Shown piece by piece: positions 59,631-64,000 of a stretch of DNA of 64,000 nt. Under the pieces are notes generated by a model that was not told where the DNA came from, did not search any database, and saw only the letters and a program-made list of their open reading frames with translations. Position numbers and translations under genes: made by a program. Positions within the stretch are counted from its first letter, which is position 1. Every line of letters begins with the position of its first letter. Source of the DNA: Escherichia phage kaaroe; sequence record MN850574.1, one strand, 5' to 3'.

Positions 59631-60688
59631 TATACCACACTCCCAAATATAGTACCACGGGAAAGTGTCAAGATCTCTCTAAATGATACTTCCAGAACAA
59701 ATGTACTAGGCAAGTTAGGAGAAATAGCAAGGCCATTAAACTTACCATCAGGCGACTTGTCCAGACGTACACTTGAGATCTGAGCGGGACCAAATGCATC
59801 GCTACGCCCTTCAAACGATGTACGCTTGCCGAAGTTAGAGATCATCCATATTGTCGGGTTAGATACAGTAATTGCGTTTGATAGAAAATCGGTGATCCCT
59901 TCAAACAGAGTATCATTTCTCTTCGCTTCCTCTGGGGTGGATTTTCTCAATAGTGTATTTTTATACCACGCATCAACTTCCGCTTTTAATTCTTTTGCGG
60001 TGCTGGAAATACCACTAGACCCATAAGACAACTCTAAAAACGTTTCGTATATGATCAGAATATTGCGAAGGTCTTCAATACTACGTGGGGTTAGATGCCA
60101 TACGTAGTTTTTAGTTCGTGCGTCAGCACCAGCATACATGCTTCGCGCAGTATTATAAATCTGTTCACCGTGATCGGCAAGGTATCCACCAGTAATACTT
60201 TCGATACCACCAAAAACGGCAGTAGATGCCATATTAGAAAGAGCACCGCCTAAAGTACCACCACCGCGAGAAATAACAGATTCACCAACATCATTAAACT
60301 TATGGCTAGCAGCGTCAACGTCAGATTGACTACGAGGAAGAAGAATATTAGCAATTGCCTCTCGGTCAAATGCAGCATTTCTCCCACCCAAATTTAAATC
60401 AAAACCAGCGATATTAACGCTACCACCAAAACCGCTAGCAACATTTTTCTTTTTCCTGAAATCACGCAACGAACCAGTAGTACGAGATGTATAATCGTAT
60501 GCAGTGAATAACAGACCATTATTATATAAGTCGTTGATATAATAACCGCTAGCATCATTACCGCTAGCACGTTCAGCGGGGAATTGAGCGGTTAATGTTT
60601 TCCCTTTATTTTTTGAGGTAAAACCAGCGGAGGTTTTAACCCCCGCTTTAAAGCTATCAACGGCATCATTGATAACACTAATTTTCAT
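59630..60688 (-). CDS. 48: baseplate tail tube cap
   Basis: 352 aa; order 27-28-29-48-54 as in T4. Confidence 0.75.
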   Translation of the reverse strand: MKISVINDAVDSFKAGVKTSAGFTSKNKGKTLTAQFPAERASGNDASGYYINDLYNNGLLFTAYDYTSRTTGSLRDFRKKKNVASGFGGSVNIAGFDLNLGGRNAAFDREAIANILLPRSQSDVDAASHKFNDVGESVISRGGGTLGGALSNMASTAVFGGIESITGGYLADHGEQIYNTARSMYAGADARTKNYVWHLTPRSIEDLRNILIIYETFLELSYGSSGISSTAKELKAEVDAWYKNTLLRKSTPEEAKRNDTLFEGITDFLSNAITVSNPTIWMISNFGKRTSFEGRSDAFGPAQISSVRLDKSPDGKFNGLAISPNLPSTFVLEVSFREILTLSRGTIFGSVV

Positions 60689-62421
60689 TAAAAGTTCCCC
60701 ATATTAATTGTACCGGGAGCATCAATTCTAGTTGTTGGTGCACCCTGTTTAATAGTTCTATTGTTTGTTACAATTTGTGTATTATTTACGTTTGAGGTCT
60801 GATTTGTCGTTTGTTGCTGGATTGCAGCTTGTTTCTGCATTTGTTCAGTACGTTCCGCTTGTTTTGCTGTTTCCGTTTCAGTTGCAGGAACAGGATTAGT
60901 TGGAACCACACCCTTAGTTTTATCAGCATACATCTCATCAAATTTTTCAATAAGACGCTCTAACTGAGAACGATCACTTTCAACTAATGTAGGATCTTGA
61001 ACTTGCTCACGGTAAACATCAATATCCTTTTTCAACTCTCCCATTCTTTCTTTGTCATAGTCACCGCTCAAATTCTCCATAACTTCATTAATATTATTGA
61101 TCGCGCCCTCGCTTTTAATTCTAAGTTTACGACTAGCAGATCGTTGTTCAGCAGAAACAGACTTGTATTCCCCGCGTTTTAATTCTTCTTGTCGTTTCTC
61201 TGCGTCAACATCCTTTTGATCTCTCCAGCCCAGACTAACAAGACCTTCGTTAACTTTATCCTTAATAGAATCCCCAATAGCTTCGCCAATATCACGGGCT
61301 TTTCCTGTCCATCCTGTGCGCTCTCCATATTTGTCTTCTTCGTGTTCAGACTCGACCTTATCCATTAATTCGAGTTCTCTTTCATTTGGCTTATAGCCTT
61401 TAGCAACAGCAGACTTTAAAGCACCGTATTCTAACTTATCGGCATAATCACCCATACCGGGGATCATGCGAAGAATTTTAGCAATACCAGTAGTGATAAT
61501 TCGATCAAGTTGGATAAAGGTTTTATAGAATGCATCACCAATACCCATAACAAGAGATTTAATTAATTCTCCATATTCGCCTTTAGACCAATAATCTCGA
61601 ACTTGACGAATCGTGGTTAAGATATCGCTAATTGGTCCAGCCCATTCTCCGGCCTTATCCATAAATTCATCAAATTTTGTTTCGAATAAATCACTCCAAT
61701 ATCTGAAATGAATCATAAGGGTATCAATGGCAAAAACAATACCCATCAAAATAGCGCCCCATTTTGCGGCTTCTGCCATAGCGGTCAAGGTGATCTTAAA
61801 TAACATCCCTAAGACCTTATTAGAGATACCTATGGTTTCTTTAAATCCTCCACGAACAACTTTAAGAAGATTTTCCATAGAATCCGCATTGCGCTTATCT
61901 GCGGCGTTCTTTTTCTTCCGTTCCTCAACATCTGGTTTTTTCTTTGGAAGACCTTGATAGTTGTCATTATTAGGCTGTTCCGGTACAGTAGGCAAAACTG
62001 GCTGAGGTGATGGCATTGTTTGCGGTTGTTCCGGTTTTTTCAGTGCTTCTTCAATCGCACCAATACCGCTAGCCATTTTACTGACAACACCAAATCTACG
62101 TTCCATCATAACACCAAAACCACGTAATTTCTCATTCATCTGAGAAGAGAAATTATTGAGTTTTTGCAATTCTTCATAAGTTTTTTGGGTATTGCCAGCG
62201 GTAGATTGTGTATTTTCTGCCGTCAATTCATTGGCTGCGGTGTTATCCTCTACCGCACCAACAACTTCATTAGATTTTTGTTCCACTGTCTCGGCCACCA
62301 ATTCGGTAGCGGCTTGCAAATTATCAATAGAATCAAGTTTATCTAATTTGTTAAGTTTATCAATCGGGTTTTCTTCCGCTTCCTTGCGCATCCCGCGAAA
62401 TGATGTTAATGCGTCATTCAT
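60688..62421 (-). CDS. 29: baseplate hub / tail length determinator
   Basis: 577 aa; coiled-coil and Q-rich regions; synteny. Confidence 0.7.
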   Translation of the reverse strand: MNDALTSFRGMRKEAEENPIDKLNKLDKLDSIDNLQAATELVAETVEQKSNEVVGAVEDNTAANELTAENTQSTAGNTQKTYEELQKLNNFSSQMNEKLRGFGVMMERRFGVVSKMASGIGAIEEALKKPEQPQTMPSPQPVLPTVPEQPNNDNYQGLPKKKPDVEERKKKNAADKRNADSMENLLKVVRGGFKETIGISNKVLGMLFKITLTAMAEAAKWGAILMGIVFAIDTLMIHFRYWSDLFETKFDEFMDKAGEWAGPISDILTTIRQVRDYWSKGEYGELIKSLVMGIGDAFYKTFIQLDRIITTGIAKILRMIPGMGDYADKLEYGALKSAVAKGYKPNERELELMDKVESEHEEDKYGERTGWTGKARDIGEAIGDSIKDKVNEGLVSLGWRDQKDVDAEKRQEELKRGEYKSVSAEQRSASRKLRIKSEGAINNINEVMENLSGDYDKERMGELKKDIDVYREQVQDPTLVESDRSQLERLIEKFDEMYADKTKGVVPTNPVPATETETAKQAERTEQMQKQAAIQQQTTNQTSNVNNTQIVTNNRTIKQGAPTTRIDAPGTINMGNF

Positions 62422-62936
62422 GATAGGCGATCCAATATGTTAATTCCACCATAGATAGTACCTTCCGGTGTATCCAGTGCAATAGTTTTTCTTAATCCTG
62501 TAGCCCAATCCATAATAAAAGCTGGGAAATCATGGAAGTCTACGCTAGGATCGTGATAATGATGACTCAAGAAATCAGCGTCATCGATAATGGGGTCAGA
62601 AGTATACATTGGATTTTTAAATTTAAAGACTTTACCATTTAAAGTAAATTCAGTCTCTGTACAAATATACACATCAGACAGCTTAAGACCATCTTTTTCT
62701 TCCAGACACTTACCATTAAACGCACAAAGGTTAAGCATAACCAATTCAGACTCGGCAGCGTTTAACCCAGGACAGATTGAATCAAGAAGAATCTTTAATG
62801 TTTCATCACAGCTACGAACATCTTTTAATAATCGATGTTGCTTAATCCCCATTTTTGGGATCTTGATATGTTTCCCGTTTATCTCTAATTTTTTTACAGG
62901 AACAACAAATTTTAACATAGGTTTAGTTTCTGTCAT
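62418..62936 (-). CDS. 28: baseplate hub distal subunit
   Basis: 172 aa; synteny between 27 and 29. Confidence 0.65.
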   Translation of the reverse strand: MTETKPMLKFVVPVKKLEINGKHIKIPKMGIKQHRLLKDVRSCDETLKILLDSICPGLNAAESELVMLNLCAFNGKCLEEKDGLKLSDVYICTETEFTLNGKVFKFKNPMYTSDPIIDDADFLSHHYHDPSVDFHDFPAFIMDWATGLRKTIALDTPEGTIYGGINILDRLS

Positions 62937-64000
62937 TATATCTTACCTTCAAATTTGACTTCCTGTAATTCTTCGCTGTTACCGATCATATACAGGTGAG
63001 TTAATGATTGCTCTCGGCTAATTTCATGCACCACTTCGTCAACAATAAAATCATTGCGTGCTTGTTGCTTCTCATCAAAGAATCGAATAACCATACCGGG
63101 GCGCAACGAAAAATTACCGTGACACACGGCGGTAGCATATGAATCATATTGTTCTATTGTGGCAAGTTTAGAACCTTCCAAAAACGCATTCTTATAAGTT
63201 AAATCGCCATAAGCGCCACCATGAGCAAAGTGTGCAATGTTATCCCCATTACCAACAATAATTTTATTATACTGCTTAGTAACAAAATCAATAGTTGTGT
63301 ATGTCACATTGCTAAATGAATTTTTAACTTTAGCATTGCTCTTAGTCTGCCACTCGAAATTAAAAACCATCAGATTAGGCGACATATCAATAAACTGCCC
63401 CATGAGTCTAGGCTCACAGATTATAGCTGGTATTGGCTCATTTTTTAATATTGTATCGTGTCCAGCGATCGTTATACCATCAAAATCTTCCCAGCAATAC
63501 ACGAAAGACTCGGTTTCTACGCTTTGCCCGTATGCCCTCACAAAATCCATATAGTCATTTATGGTACTAACCCACGGACAACGAGGAATAACAACGTTAT
63601 CACCCTTTATAGTAGGTTTCCATAAAGGAACTTCCTTATAGATGGCATCAATCATGCTAGTTACGTTATTAACCGCGTTATTTGTCAATGAGCGAGAAAA
63701 TTTAAGGTTTAATGATTCGTGATAGCTCTTTAACTGGAATGTTAAAATGTTGTCGGATTTTTGGTCAATTGTTACATTACTATGAGAGATCCCATAGATT
63801 CGGTTAAACACTTCATCTGTATTAGCAGTGGATAGCGAAATCTGAATGATCTCTCTCCCGTTTAATTTTGTATGCATCGCCTTATTATCATAGAATTGCA
63901 ACAATCCTTCGTTCACCCCACGAATCGAATCACGCAGAGTCATTGTAACAAAGGTAGCACCCAATTCTATAAAGCGATGATTTAGAAATGCCTCATAATC
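62936..64000 (-). CDS. 27: baseplate hub subunit, N-terminally truncated by window edge
   Basis: Frame open to window end (track M at 63964 is a TTG codon); synteny. Confidence 0.65.
   Translation of the reverse strand, partial: DYEAFLNHRFIELGATFVTMTLRDSIRGVNEGLLQFYDNKAMHTKLNGREIIQISLSTANTDEVFNRIYGISHSNVTIDQKSDNILTFQLKSYHESLNLKFSRSLTNNAVNNVTSMIDAIYKEVPLWKPTIKGDNVVIPRCPWVSTINDYMDFVRAYGQSVETESFVYCWEDFDGITIAGHDTILKNEPIPAIICEPRLMGQFIDMSPNLMVFNFEWQTKSNAKVKNSFSNVTYTTIDFVTKQYNKIIVGNGDNIAHFAHGGAYGDLTYKNAFLEGSKLATIEQYDSYATAVCHGNFSLRPGMVIRFFDEKQQARNDFIVDEVVHEISREQSLTHLYMIGNSEELQEVKFEGKI

Overview
This 64 kb window is a T4-type (Tevenvirinae-like) myovirus genome segment, collinear with the T4 map from the baseplate hub genes through alt, DNA ligase, the nucleotide-metabolism cluster, gene 32, the long tail fibre genes, holin t, gene 52 and rIIB/rIIA to dexA/dda, in inverted orientation. 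Core genes were recognised by reading the ORF translations against remembered T4 proteins and motifs; no database search was run. The conserved backbone is interrupted by three hyperplastic blocks of small ORFs (about 10.3-15.7 kb, 38.6-39.9 kb and 47.3-55.2 kb), each ORF preceded by a repeated promoter plus stem-loop cassette with a near-identical leader, resembling the PeSL elements described for RB49-like T4-type phages. The strongest candidate for an undescribed system is a five-gene, stop/start-overlapped operon at 52643-54627 encoding a short C5-methyltransferase-like protein, a zinc-finger protein and a DUF262-like protein. Other notable cargo: a NADAR-like protein, a second ADP-ribosyltransferase after alt, a distal tail fibre with a C-terminal intramolecular chaperone and no gp38, thymidylate synthase with a ~130-aa insertion, and HNH, GIY-YIG and zinc-ribbon nuclease-like genes. 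No tRNA, rRNA or CRISPR array was found. Coordinates of small features are hand-counted and may be off by a base or two.
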